From the NCBI GenBank assembly GCA_977017575.1, contig CDRNVI010000009.1, positions 124,001 through 188,000 of the forward strand: a DNA stretch of 64,000 bases. The letters are read 5' to 3'. The notes under the pieces were generated by a model. It made no database searches, was not told the origin of the DNA, and was given only the letters and a program-made list of their open reading frames with translations. Origin of the DNA: Paramoeba atlantica. Lineage: Eukaryota; Protista; Discosea. This document shows, one piece after another, positions 35,657-48,899 of the stretch (position 1 is the first letter of the stretch; each line of letters starts with the position of its first letter). The translations under genes and the position numbers were made by a program.

Positions 35657-36295
35657 TTTTAGGCACCGATTTCAACTTTTTCAAAAAGTTGGTGCGGGGT
35701 GCTATGGAAGCTCACCTTTGCTCCCGGTGAGGCCCCGGAGTTGCGAGAGGCCTCCATACCCCACAACTACCACCTTCCCCCCCTATTTAGCGGGGGTCGC
35801 GCGAGGGGTTTCTTCCCTTTTTAAGGGACAATCCAATTTTGCTTATGAAAAAAGAATCCACTTCCCCCTCCCCCCCACAAAAAAAAATCTCCCCCCAAAA
35901 AATTCTTCCCCCAATTTTGTCTCCATTAAAGCCTTTAATAGGCCTTTAATACTGACCACCCTTTAAAAGGGTGGTCAGTATCATAAATGCCCGCGAATAA
36001 GAATACTTGAGAATGTACAACTCTTCTGTTTTGAGATAAATTTATGCTAGTTGATTTTATGCGATTCTGAGAATGAAATACAGTTGATTTTCATTTTTTT
36101 GGAAAGTGTACAATATTGGCTGAATCTGACCTGCTTAAACGGGGGGAATGAGGTCCGCCGGGGTGCGCTTAAGGGGAGGCGGGACAGTGTACGAATTGTA
36201 TGTAAAAAAGGACCGAAAGAATAAATTCTAGACTTCCCGAATCCGACTCGTACCTCTGAGATTGGACCCTTTTGTGCTTTTTTATTACAGTGCAG

Positions 36296-36918
36296 TTAGA
36301 AGACTACTCCGTTAGGAATAAAGTCCGGTACCTCCAAACCATTTCCACTAAGAAGTATGCTAAGCTCAGATGAAATTCCCGTGAAATCCAATAGTCCATT
36401 AAACGAGTTGTCTCTGAGATCAAGTTTTGTTAAAGATGCCGGAAGGCGCGTGAGATCAATTCCGCTATGAAATTCGTTGTCATCTAAGGAAAAGATTTCC
36501 GGTGCCCTGGGCAAAGCGGTAAGATCTATGCATCCATAAAATTTATTCATGCGTCGAACTCCGTTAACGACCCTGGAAGTAAGGCAAGGTTTATGGTGCC
36601 CGTCAAGTCTTGCCGATATGCTACGAAGGAAACAAGTGTCTGGGGTATATGTTCCCACTGCAGTGTACCTTCTAAACTAAGATAGTTGGAATCAAAAAAT
36701 CCGCTATTCCAGCAAAGATGAGTCACCTGCTTTTCGCTGTTACACTTAACATGATCCCACTCACACGCAGGTGTCGACTCGCTCCACGATTTTTCTGAAG
36801 TAGTTACATTACTTATGAATCGCACGAGAGTACACTCCTGTGGTAACAGAGAGCCGTGCACCTTTCGAGGACGAGATACGCCATCCTTTGTCAAGCATGT
36901 GTTACTGTTCCGAAGCAT
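36296..36918 (-). pseudogene. Frameshifted LRR-family gene
   Basis: N-terminal cap (SWSESTPACEWDHVKC) in ORF 36547..36918; LRRs continue in another frame (36296..36658). Confidence 0.82.
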
Positions 36919-37200
36919 GTTGAAATATGAAACTGATAAAAGCGAGAAAAAAGCTGAAAGCTCCTTTTACAAGTCTAAACAAGTATTTAAATAACTCAGA
37001 CCTTTTATTAAAAGGTCTGAGTTATTTAAAGTAGTTACTTAAAATTTAAAGTAGTTATTTAAAATTTAAACCCGAAACTAAGGTTTTTTACATTGTCCCA
37101 CGGTTCACCAACATTGTGGGGCCCGCTTAATTGGAGCACCACCCTTTGTCACGGATAAACGGAACCAAAAAATACCGATTCTCAGCAAACAGCGAATGAC

Positions 37201-38250
37201 CTACGCTCGATACAGTCCCGCCCTCAGGACATACTCCATCACGGTCTCCGGTATAAGATACCGCACACTCCGCCCCTCGCGGAGCAACGAGCGTACGTGG
37301 GAGGAACTCACGTCATTCCGCTCCCCGGCCGCACAGACGACCACAGTCGTGCGGGTGTACTCTGCAAAGTTCACCTCACAGCCGTTGTCATCCTTTAACA
37401 CACAGTTCAACACATCCGTAAAGGAGGGATGTTCTTGTTGCTGCTTACAGTCAAGTTCAGTCAAGTTCTTGTTGCTGCTTACTGTATGTTCTTTTTTGTG
37501 TTTATCTTCTGGTGAGGGGAGAACGGCACTTTTTCGTGTCTTCTCCTCCCCCACGTAGTCCGCCTCGGTGCAGCGGTCAATCACCACCAGCGGGTAGTGC
37601 TGGAGTAACGGACGAAGCGTGTCCAGTCGCCACACCGGGCGCCCTGACGCACCGTCACACAGTGCCATGGAGCGAAACACATCGGCTCCGATCACGAGAT
37701 GGACCTCGAGGGCATACGACCCCAAGGGAGAAGCTTTATTTTCGCTTTCCTTTTTTGTATCCCTTTTATTTGGGGATTTTGTTTCTTTCTCAAGAGTTTT
37801 ATCTCGAGTGTGAGGACTGAGCTCACCTTGTAGCCATTGGGCCACGTTTTGATAGATGTGGTCCAGGACATGGTAGGTCCGGGTGTAGGACTCCCGGGTC
37901 CCCTCCCAGGGGTCACACATCAGCCATGGGCTGGAGGCGAGGGCCTCGGTGGTCATGTGGATGCGAGTGGACGCGGGCGCGAGATCTTTTTTGTGGTACG
38001 CACTCGCGACGGGACTGAGGTAACCGCCAAGGACGATTTTCGTATTCGGCGTGTCAAGGGAGGTGAGCCCGTCGTTTGGGTTGGTTTGCGGGCGCTCAAT
38101 TGCATCGCGAGCGAGTTCCATCATACGTAGATGAGCGTAGGTGATGGGGTTAAAGGATCCACACGCGACGAGTACGACGTATGTGGTAGTAGTAGTCTCC
38201 TTGGGGGGTGGAATGCATAACTTTCCAGTGGGAAAGTCAATGGAATCCAT
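37201..38250 (-). CDS. NMNAT: Nicotinamide/nicotinate mononucleotide adenylyltransferase, 349 aa
   Basis: CGSFNPITYAH (HxGH-type), GGYLSPV..AYHKKDLAPA, WE, GAD, NDVSSSHVR..L..G.SVRYLIP..V..Y: eukaryotic NMNAT signature. Confidence 0.95.
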   Translation of the reverse strand: MDSIDFPTGKLCIPPPKETTTTTYVVLVACGSFNPITYAHLRMMELARDAIERPQTNPNDGLTSLDTPNTKIVLGGYLSPVASAYHKKDLAPASTRIHMTTEALASSPWLMCDPWEGTRESYTRTYHVLDHIYQNVAQWLQGELSPHTRDKTLEKETKSPNKRDTKKESENKASPLGSYALEVHLVIGADVFRSMALCDGASGRPVWRLDTLRPLLQHYPLVVIDRCTEADYVGEEKTRKSAVLPSPEDKHKKEHTVSSNKNLTELDCKQQQEHPSFTDVLNCVLKDDNGCEVNFAEYTRTTVVVCAAGERNDVSSSHVRSLLREGRSVRYLIPETVMEYVLRAGLYRA

Positions 38251-38682
38251 GGATAAGGGGGTATGAATACGTACTACATTTTTTTATAGTCGAGACGTAG
38301 TCATGATTCCTATTTATAGTATGGTGAGAATAATATACAGGGAGTCACAAATCTAAGCTTAAAATTTCTATTTTTAAACGAAAATCGTGTAGTTTACCTT
38401 TTAACCTACATTACGTCCCGTGGTTAAAGCAATCTTTCCTGCAGAAGCGCGTTGCTGAAAATACGAGTAAAGCGAGCGAACAAAAAGAAATGTGAGGGAA
38501 AACGGATAAAACATCATATTTTTGAAAAATATGAAAAAAATTCTGGAAGAGGAATCATTACGAGACGGGCTAGAGGGAATCGATTCTGACTGGACACGTG
38601 TACACACGGGATATTTAGTCACACCACTGAGCCGTTTGCTCTCGTTCCACATCAAATTCCGTACCTGGAGTGAAAACCGTAT

Positions 38683-39300
38683 CTAGAATTCTTCTACCTT
38701 TATGCGGGTACCGCTGCACTCAAAATAATTCAAAGACTCGGGAAGATCCCGGCGACAAACTACACCTTCAAGAAAACAGTTGTTCTCTAGAGAAAGATTC
38801 ATAATACCGTCCGGGAGCCGACTCAGCGTAACTTCCCCTTCAAACTTGTTCGAATTCAACTGTATTTCCACCAACGTAGAGGGGAATCCTTCAAAATCAA
38901 TCGTTCCCGTAAACTGGTTGTGTTCGAGAAGAAGGGACTGCAGGGACCGAGGAAGTTCCTTCGTTTCCAGAGTCCCGGAAAAATTATTAAAACTCAAATC
39001 CAACTCTACCAAAGTGTTGGGAAGGTAAGACCAATGCAGAAACCCTGTGCTCTTTGCATTCTCCCAATTCAAATAGATTACGTTCTCGTCCAGATCACAG
39101 AATACTCCTTCCCACTGACATGCATGGGTTGCCGTGGTCCAAGAGGGATGGCAAGGGAGAACGTCTTCAGCAAACCGGCTGAGGTCATACTGGGGGAGCC
39201 ACCTCGCTCCCCGAACGCGTCCTAAACGAGATGAGACATGAGAAGAGGGATCGGAAAAGTGAAGACGCGAAAAAAGGGAAAATAGGATGAGTGCCGGCAT
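38683..39300 (-). CDS. Leucine-rich repeat protein, 205 aa
   Basis: SWTTATHACQWEGVFCD cap plus LRRs. Confidence 0.88.
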   Translation of the reverse strand: MPALILFSLFSRLHFSDPSSHVSSRLGRVRGARWLPQYDLSRFAEDVLPCHPSWTTATHACQWEGVFCDLDENVIYLNWENAKSTGFLHWSYLPNTLVELDLSFNNFSGTLETKELPRSLQSLLLEHNQFTGTIDFEGFPSTLVEIQLNSNKFEGEVTLSRLPDGIMNLSLENNCFLEGVVCRRDLPESLNYFECSGTRIKVEEF

Positions 39301-39792
39301 CGTGATATTTTATAGAGCTAGGAGAGAAAAAAGTTCAAATGTTTACTTTTTTTGACGAAACAAATGAAACGAAAAAGGATTTCTTTGATACTTTTGAGTC
39401 ATTTACACCAACTGTTTAGCTTTGTTTACGACTTGTACCTTTACTGTTGTACCTTTACTGTTTTTATGGACTGCTCAGGGTGCAACACTTTTACATGTTT
39501 GACGATAGCGATGTCAATTTTGTAAACATCGTAGGAGAACCTTGCTGTCTGACTAGCGAACCGCTATTGCGGAGCCGATGCTCCATAACTTCGCTGCGGA
39601 GAGCAACCTAGAAAGAAGGAATGTTTCGAAAAGCTCGAAGACAGTTTGATGTACCGCCTTAACTTCCTCTTGACGGGTAAACTAGGTGCCGATGTCGTGG
39701 TATACGGTCACAGTTGGGACTTGCCTCCAGACAGGTAATGTACAGGTGTAGTGTCTGTATCCAGACAGGTAATATACGGTGTAGTGTCGTGG

Positions 39793-39890
39793 AAAAGTAC
39801 TCATCCAAAGTGCCATATACAGAGGTAGTTTCGATGAGTACTTTGTTTTTGGAAAACTACAAATTTCGATGAGTACTTATCCAAACTACT
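39793..39890. repeat. Cluster of GATGAGTACTCATC-core palindromic repeats
   Basis: Inverted homolog of 47074-47215; homology extends to 39660-39780 versus 47270-47430. Confidence 0.8.
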
Positions 39891-40378
39891 GCACCGCCAC
39901 TTCAATACTAAAAAACTTTTTTTCATTGTGCTTCATGGCACACCGTTACATAATTTCGAGCGCTCAATCACGACTTTTATCATCCTTATGTAGGTACTGA
40001 GTACCTACAGTGAGTACTACTCACGGTAGATGTGCTCCTTGTGGAGGTATTCACTGAGTTATAAATAAACCACCGCCCCACTTAGAGGGTTGAAACTGGT
40101 GAGTGCGTCCGGGTGCGTCCTGGTGCGTCTGGGTGCGGCTGAGTTAGGGGAGGGCCGATTTTTTTTGATAACTTTCCTCTTTTATTTTTTCTCAATGCCT
40201 AGATATTGGACACTATGAAGATTTGGATGGCACTGAATGACTAAGTTTTATGTACTTGTGTACTACAAGTATCCAAAACTAAAATTTGTGGGACGGTTTG
40301 CGCACATCTGAATAAAAGTAAGGAAGTAATCGAGACCATCTTTTTCTAAAACTTACGTGCTTACATCGCCTCCAACAA

Positions 40379-41983
40379 CATACCCTGGACTTAGCTCCGA
40401 GCAACTTACTCGGCATGGATCAATGATGCTTAATTTACTACACTTGAATTGATCATTAAGTCATAGAAACTGATTTTTTCCCTTTCGATTTCTATTTTCT
40501 TTCTCTGTGTTTTGTGTTCCGAATCCTCCGAAGTGATGTGATGTGCATTCGTGGTGGCGCGCGGCTGAACCGTGTGTTAGGGAGGAAGGGCTTTATCGAT
40601 TGACATAAGGGGAAAAAATAGAATAACTAAGGATTGCTATTATTATAGCAGGTATTATTAGGTGAACTTTAAACTTGGCCGTGATAATTCGAGTATATAG
40701 ATTATAAATCGGGAACAGTGTCCTAAGAAGACCTTGTGTCAGACGATTTGTCATACGACAACATTGACGGTGTTCGTTATCTACGAACAGCCCTATCGAA
40801 AAGCCCCTTCTTTTATGCAATGCATTGAGAAGGGGTCAGGTGTAGAATTTTACGCCAAAAGGGCGCAGCACCATGATAAGGCTTCCCAAGGAAACTTTCA
40901 AGTGGAATTGGGATTTTCCTATACATATCACAAAGTACAAGGTATTACTTGAAGAACGGTGTTATTCTTGACTTAAATGATAAGGCGTGGTCCAAGAGAC
41001 CGGAACTCGCCAAGCTCACAGTAGCAATATCAAAATTACCTGCCACGAAGTAAAGCATCCCCCGCGCCAGCGGGTCTGCACACTCTCGAAGGGCGGAGTG
41101 TGTACAGTATGTTACATAGTGTTTTTTTTATGAAACTATAATAAATTAAGTAACGCGGCCCTCCTTCTCTAGGCAAGTACGGCGCGTTTCCGGTTGGTTC
41201 TTTAATTTGCGTGATGGTACATGTAACTTTTTTAAGAAATAAGAGTTGTTCATTTATTAAGTTGGATATGTATTGTGTTTTGCTCATTGATTTTAGAGTG
41301 TAAGCTTAATTCCCAAAACTTTCATTTTCTTGTCTGTGGTTTTTACTACATGAGCAAGTCTGAAGAAAGCAATTCCCCTAAAAAGGCTGTGTGTCCCTCA
41401 ACACAATTTATTAAGAGCAAAGAGAAAGTTAAAAATACGGAACTTGAACTTAAAAGAGCCAAAAAGGAGTTGGAATCCGAGTACACCTTTTCATCTCTCG
41501 ACCCCTTTTCAATCACCGTCAAATGTATTTCTGACAGGGCCTGTGGAAGTGAGCAAGGAAAGTTTTCGAACGTTTTTTTCGTCCTTCGGAACGATAGTCA
41601 AAATGACCCTTCTGTCTAACAAACATCTCGGCTTTGTTATGAAACAATTGAACAGGCGAAACGTGCTGAACACTCATGCCGATGCATGCAGGTGCATCTA
41701 AAGGGAAAAAGAAAAAAGCGGAAGGAACGGGATTTTCCGAAATTGGCCAAGTATTAAAATTTTTAGTCACCCCCCAGGTCGAGCTGATCCCCCCTGTATA
41801 CTGATTTTAATCGACCTAATTAAAAACACATCAGAAAAAAGAAGCTAGGGCGCTCCACGAAGTTATTTTTCGGCGCAGACTGATCTCTAAAAAAATGATT
41901 TTTTGATCCATTTATGCTCACTTTGAAAATGTTTAGTTGTGCTTAATGATGCTTAATTTACTCGGAGCTAAATCCAGGGTATG
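40379..41983. mobile_element. Non-autonomous TIR element with CATACCC termini and 6-bp TSD, carrying captured fragments
   Basis: CAACAA|CATACCCTGGACTTAGCTCCGAG ... CTCGGAGCTAAATCCAGGGTATG|CAACAA. Confidence 0.85.
40734..41053 (+). pseudogene. Pif1/RecD-like (Helitron-type) helicase C-terminal fragment
   Basis: ELGFSYTYHKVQGIT(fs)LKNGVILDL...KLTVAISK matches SF1B motifs A.T.HK.QG.TL..V..DL and YVALSR. Confidence 0.6.
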
Positions 41984-44575
41984 CAACAAATACTAGAAAC
42001 AGAGTCACGAACTTTCCCACCCTCGTGATCGTGAGGACATTTCTCTTCGGTCACAAAGCAAAAAATCTTCAAAAGTTTTTGGTGTGTCTCCATCATGCTT
42101 TCACTTTAAAATTCAACTCAGGTCCGCACATGTACATGACAGAGCACGCACAAGAAGAGACCGAGAAAATATCTTAATTTGCAAAAAGAAAGGAAAAGAC
42201 GTGTTTTTGAAAAATGAGTACAATCCGACATTAGCCGCTTTTTCATATCATGGCCATCACTTGTCCTACAACATCCGGCGGAAATGGAAACTTCTTGGGT
42301 CCTCCAAATCAAAAAAAAAGGTCTTCGGTCCTCGCTCATATCTCTGTTTTGGATGGCACTGGATGGCAGCGCATGGCACTGGATGGCAGTGGACAACTGC
42401 ATAGTGTCCATTTTCAAACTCATAATTTTCTTCTATATTTTTCTATTTATACAGACGAATATTGGCATTTCATATTTTTTCGTCTCTTCGATCTTTTCTC
42501 GAATGGCGCTTTATTACGATACCTTTTTCAACCATATTCCTTATGAACGATTTGCTTCCCAAAGATAGTGACAAAGAGGCGTGTTCATATGGACATACAG
42601 ACTCTGAAAAATTCGATCGATTACCCGATTGGGTGCAACACACCTTAAAGAAGGTGCTCCGCATTCGTTTGAAAAGAGTGGAGAGAGATTTGGAGTATCT
42701 TGAGACCTCTCAGGAGGAACGAAATAGTGCCCAATTTGCCCCTGACAGGCTTCTCCAAGAAATCATGGATCGTCTCGAAGATGATATAATTTCGAGGGCC
42801 GTTGCATGGTTAAACAACCGCCATCATCAGCTCACGACTTCTTCAGTTCCCATTATTCACAACACTTTGTGTGGTGTTACAGCGGACGAAGAAATCCCTC
42901 TCGAGGTATCATCCTCGTTGCAAAACATCGCGAGGTAGACTTGTTGTTCTTTTCCGACGCCAAATGCCACGTGCTAAATAGCGCCCGAGAGGAAGAGATG
43001 TTAAGTTATACTTCCGTACCCCGTGCAGTCCACAACGGAACCCACACCTCTACACCACAGTGCGAAACCATCAACACACGATAGGACAGAGCGTCCCTTG
43101 AACCCAAGCGCGTACCAACTCCCCAGCTACAGAGCTCCTCTTCGAAACGTCTCGCACGATAGTGGGAGGACGCGTTCGGGTACATTTCGCAGAGGAACAA
43201 GGGGACAATATGATTGTCGCGAAAACTGAAGCACGCTGCAAGTTACGCACGCATCCGATGGACAGCCGCGGGTGAAGGCTCGGATCGCACAGACCCATCT
43301 GCCGAGGAAACTGAGACACCCTACCTAAGGTAGGTAATCTTACAGTGCCTGTACCGGAGATTGGGAAATTCTTTGCGGCGTCAATGTCTAAGCCAGAAGG
43401 GGCACACTGCATTCCCCATTATGAAACTAATGCCCCACCACGAGAGGCAATGATCAGATATCGACACAGAAACGGTCGCAGTAGCCGCCGCATCCTAACG
43501 CTCTGGCGCTGCCCTCGGATCGTACACTGTATACTGTACCCAACGCGCTGCTAAAGCGCTGTGTCCCTATTTTTCCCACATGGTACATGCATGTATACGT
43601 ACATACTTTTCAGAAAATTAACACAGATTAATGTTGCACCGAAAAATGTCTTCCCTGTACCTCAGGTCCTTCTTGTTGAATTTGATATACACATGGCCCT
43701 GAAACGTTGATCTTTTTCGAAAGTGTTTTCATGGTCTCACTCGATCTGCTTATCGACGGCTTCTCCTCCATAGAAAGGCTCTTTTTCATGTGATAGGGGA
43801 TTCTGTGGCGAATGATGGGATGGAGGTATGTTAAGGGTTGACGAGGGCTCCAACTCGAGGAGCTGATTTTTGAGACGTAACCAGCCTGTCAGTGGCCCGA
43901 TTGACATGATAGATACTAGCCGTATACATGCAAGTGCCGTATACATGTAAGTACCATAGACCCCCCCAGTAATAGAATCGATTTTGGGCCAAAATGGACA
44001 ATTCCTAATTACTGGGGGGTATGCTTTTTGGGTGAGAAAAGACCTTTTTTGTTCATGAGTGCGTTGATTTTCAGCCCATGGAACCCCGCAACCACGCCAT
44101 TCGCTCCCTCGCAACCGCCCTCACCCGGCCCAGCCACCCCCACCAGCCCAAACACCACCTCACCCCTCCAACGACCCCCCGAGTCAAATCCTTGTTACTG
44201 GAGATCAGCCGAAAAAGGGCCGAATCCTTGTTACTGGAGGGGTCTACGGTAGTAGCAGTAAAAAGATATTACTATTCATCCTTCTTCGAGTTATAAAAAT
44301 ATATGGAGGGAGGAGTATAAAAAATAGTATGTGACTATACTAGTTCGTAATATACCGGGGTGGCATGATAAGCTGGACAGTACAGTTGTAGTTTAGATGC
44401 AGACACCAGACTTATAGGATAGAAACTTCCCGCTTTCGGACTATACCTGTACCTGTAACTAAAAAAGTATAGTATTAAAAAAATAGCAACATCACTGTTT
44501 TTCTTGATTGGCAGACGCACGACGTAAAACTACGTAAAATCACCAAATATATTAAAAATAGAATGCAAAATAAAA

Positions 44576-45325
44576 TTACAATATGAACATTAATTTCGTT
44601 TTTTTAAAGCAGGCTAGCCAATCCTGAGAAGTACCTCGCTTGCTGTACAGCTCACGCTTGAAACGCTCCGGTAATTTACTGAAATCCACTTCACCGTAGA
44701 TCTTTGCGTTATTCTGAACATCAAGAACGCTCAAAGATGGAGGCAGGGAGCTCAAATCGATTCGGCCCTCCAAATTATTGTTCTCCAAATGCAGTTCGTT
44801 TAGTTTGCGGGGAAGCATTCGAAGCTCAGGGGAGCCTGAAAATTGATTCGAACCTAAACAAAGTGTTACGAGCGATGGGGGAAGAGATTTTAAACACAGA
44901 TCACCGTCAAATTTGTTTTCATCCGCAATGAATTCCACGAGATCTTGCGGCAGAGAAGCTAAATTTAACTTTCCAGAGAACTCGTTGCGAGCAATATTCA
45001 TCCACTTCAAGCAAGGAGAGAGGTAAGAGAACGACACCCCCCCACTGAGCTCATTTCCCTGCAGCGATAAACGTGTGATGGTTTGGGGAAAGTACTCCCA
45101 GTGCAATTGGCCTCGGAGTCTTCGCGATCTGTTCATCAAGACAATGCTAATGATTGTGCCCTCCGCATCACGTCGTATGTTGTGCCACATCGTCGTGGAT
45201 GTCGCATCACCCCAATTCAAGGGTATATTTTCCACGCCTTGGAAAAAGCGGTCGAGATCATACTCCTGGGATAAGAATGCACCACGTACTTTACCGGGCC
45301 GCGTTGTTGGGACAATGGAATCCAT
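44576..45325 (-). CDS. Leucine-rich repeat protein, 249 aa
   Basis: LRGQLHWEYFP followed by about 6 LRRs of the family consensus. Confidence 0.88.
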   Translation of the reverse strand: MDSIVPTTRPGKVRGAFLSQEYDLDRFFQGVENIPLNWGDATSTTMWHNIRRDAEGTIISIVLMNRSRRLRGQLHWEYFPQTITRLSLQGNELSGGVSFSYLSPCLKWMNIARNEFSGKLNLASLPQDLVEFIADENKFDGDLCLKSLPPSLVTLCLGSNQFSGSPELRMLPRKLNELHLENNNLEGRIDLSSLPPSLSVLDVQNNAKIYGEVDFSKLPERFKRELYSKRGTSQDWLACFKKTKLMFIL

Positions 45326-47073
45326 ATGTTTGTAAGTTAATGTTTGCAGTGAACGAGTTGAAAGAAAATACCAAAACTATACCACAAAAGGTGACCCAAA
45401 AATAGATACAACTTTTCGGCTATTATCCGGCAAAAATGTACCCTAAATTGACCCTATTTTTTGATAAAAAAAGTACATTTGTTTAAAACAAATGTATTTT
45501 TGTTGAAAAAGCGTAAACAAATAGTTTTCGTTTTTTGCAATTTTTTTTCGTAGTTTTGAGTACGTCTAGTACGTTCCTTTTGTCTTTCCGTTTTCGTCTA
45601 TATGGGCTGTCTAGGGTGCACACCATTAGCCTGAATAATATTGGTGACTTCGATTGTGCCATGTGTTTTTTAACATTCCCCCCCTTGAAAAACCCTCGTG
45701 CCCCCCCCCGTGGCTTACAGGTTCACCCACTCTACCGACGAAGAGCCACCACGAGGGATTCTCAACTCTGCTCCCCTAAAGAGTCCTTCAGGTTTTCGGT
45801 ACGCATGTACGCTGACGGAGTACTTTAAGAAAGTTCAAGAACGCCAAGAAAGTGAAGCAAAAGAAGTCGAAGAAAAGTCGGCGCCGCTTGGCCGCGCCAT
45901 TTCATCTGTACATCCAGTAAATCAGCATGCGTGCTAGTGGTTTTTACAATCTGTACAATTCGAACATTTCGCTACATGAGCAAGCCACGGCATGTCATAA
46001 TTCGAGCTACTGTCCCCCCTCCGTTTAAGTGTACCTTGTTATTCGTGAAAAGTGTGGTTAAACAGGGGGCTTAAATGATTCTGAAGCACGAACATGAGAA
46101 AAATGATCGGCGCCGTGTACTTCAACTCGATGGGCGTTTAAACAGGGGGCCTCTCCGGGTGCGCTTAAAGGGGGGGTATTAATTTATCTTTTTCGAAAGA
46201 CTCGGTATAATGTCCAACAGGGTGCGCAGATGACACTGAGGCAAACAACTAGCACTAAAGGAGTGCAAAGAGTATTCATTTCAACAAAACACTGCTTAGA
46301 AACATTATTTTCCTGTAACAGTTTCCTACACCTTAAATTTGGATGCCTTAGTTCCAGATACAGTAATGAGGCCGAGGTTAGGAAAAACGTAACTGAAAAC
46401 ACGAAAACATTGAAGTATCCTTTCCAAACATTTATTCCATGCATCGAATTAAGATAGGAGCATTCTCGCTAGGTGCATAGATTGTGGAGCTCAGTTAGAG
46501 AATTTGCGCACGCAATGTTGAGCAGAATTGGAAAAAGGTACAATTTAAAGGTCGAAAAAAATCTTGCAATAAGATGCAAGGGAAGCCCTCGTGGATCACG
46601 GGGGGTATAAAATTTGTCAAAATTACCGAATGTGAAGTGGTGAGCACGTATTGCAATTCGCTAAAATAGCCATACAACGTAAAAATACGGGAATTGTTTT
46701 TTAGTCGCTTCGTTAAACGGAACTGTTGTTTTCAACTTCAAAAGAATCGCTGTTGCGATCTTCGTTTTGAAAATTACCTCCGCGTTTAACGACGCGACCA
46801 AAAAAGAAAAAGTTTCCTCGAAAGCCGAAGAAAACGGAAGGATTCGATCTAAAAAAGCTCGTAGATATAATAGAGTCATTTTTACGTGTTTTTGCACTCA
46901 GGGAACTAAATCCAAGCTTTTGGTATGAGAGTTCACTACTGTACTTCGCGTGAGCCTTCAGAACGGAATGAGCCAAGCCATTTTTACGCGGAAAACGGAC
47001 TCCTTTGGGCCCGAAAATTACTTTTCCTGATATTTTTGGGATATGATTTATCATTTTGATAGGCCGGCGTTGT

Positions 47074-47215
47074 AGTAGTTTGGGTGAGTACTCATCGAAA
47101 CGAATCTTTAGTTTTGCGAAAAAATGTACTCATCGAAACGACCTCTTCACATGGTAGTTTGGATGAGTACTCATCGAAACGACCTCCGCACGTGGTACTT
47201 TGGATGAGTACTTTT
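47074..47215. repeat. Cluster of GATGAGTACTCATC-core palindromic repeats
   Basis: Four units GTAGTTTGGATGAGTACTCATCGAAAC or variants. Confidence 0.82.
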
Positions 47216-48899
47216 CACTCTATTATCAACGTCTGACTCCCTAAGACTAAACTGTGAACGTAGCCCGCGACAGTGACGCCTAGTTTACCTGTCTGGAGCA
47301 TTGCGTATTTATTTTCCTATATTGCATCACCTAGTTTACCTGTCTGGAGGCAAGGCCCAACTGTGAGCGAAGCCCACGTCTAGAGGCAAAGGCCCCCGTT
47401 GGCGAGCAAGGCCCAACTGTGGGCGTAGCCCTGGGACAGAATTATAATTTTTGGCGACCCGTGCGCTCCAGCGCGCGGGTCGCGCACCGAGAACCTATGT
47501 CTGCCACTTCCGCAGGAACACCTACGGAATTGTAACTTGTGTTAAACCAGGGAAACGAACCAAGAGCGATACCTTACTTTATAATATCTCATGTCTTGAC
47601 AAATAGACTACGCTCTCTGATGATTACAACGCTTTTTTCTTGTTGACTCACCTTTTTATTGAGGGTGTTTTTCGATCCTTCTTGGTCCTGTCGTTCGGAG
47701 TAGTGGTTCATAAGGGACTATATTGGAAGGAGGTCGCTTTTTGTTCGTGCTTGTAGATTAGTTCCATTGCAGTTTTATGTAGATGTATGGTGCTGGATAT
47801 GCGGATACGTAATTTATGATATAATTGTAGTATTGCTTTCTACTACTCTGCTTTTCTTCCTCTCAAAATCTATGTCGGGTAGCGAAAATAGTGCAAATGA
47901 CACAGCGCATTTGTTTCGATTGTTTTCGCAGTTTTTCGGAACCCAGTAAAGTAATTCACCGCGTCCCGAAGAGAATCCGCCTATGCGTCTGAGTCCCAGA
48001 GGGAGAATTTTACGTGACCACGCTTTGTGTCATGGATTGCGAACTTCGCTTGCGTGAAAGAGTGGCGTTTTAAGCTACAAGTTCCCTGCGGTGGTGATGC
48101 CATTCTTTGGTTGAAGAAACATTTTCCTTATAAGCCGGCGACTTATCCGGAGTATGGTTCGCATTGCATGTAGCAATCCGAAGAGCCTGGTATCATGATT
48201 TGCATGCACCGTGGCCATGGCCAACACAATCGATGCCGCAAAAAGATCAGCGTTCTTTCCTCCGTCATTCCGCACCATGCTCGATACGCGGCGGGCGATC
48301 TCCTGAAGTTTTGGGCCGATGTCGCTGATCATTTTTCGGGATATACAACTTATATTGCAGGTCGTCAACTTATATTCCAGGATGTTAATTTATATTGCAG
48401 GTTGTTCACTTGAATTGCTCAATATAATATCGAATAAATAATAAAATTTATAATAAAGGCATTTATAAGCATGCCGGGATGCTCATGCAAAGATATTGGG
48501 TGCGTGCTAAAATGGAAAAGCAATGTGGATATTCCGACAAATTTTGATGAGTTTCTTCGAAAACATGACATCGTAGGGCTACAATCTTGCCCCAGGCATG
48601 GAGGATACGGCAGAAAACTTTCCAACTTCATCAGTATTTGCTGGAAGAAATGGGGAAAGAATGATTGTAGGAAACGTCTTTCTAGTTTGTTTCCTTATTT
48701 TTCTTCCAAGCAAAAGAAAGCGAAAGAAAAATTTCTGTTCTGAATTAGCTTGTGCCGAAGCGACTTGCAATTATCTTCTGCGGCACAACTAGGAGTAAGT
48801 CGTGCGATCCTTTGTAAGTGGAAGCGACAGGTAGTTGAAGTTATCCACCGCTATATGAATTATTTGAAAAAGCATACTAAGTTGCTCTGTGGACGCCTA

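Noticed and set aside
42462-43554. 158-aa ORF plus downstream broken frames
   Set aside because: Coding-like, but no family recognised; left unannotated.
46184-46444. 86-aa ORF with two hydrophobic segments
   Set aside because: Could be a small membrane protein, but there is no homology or motif support from sequence alone.
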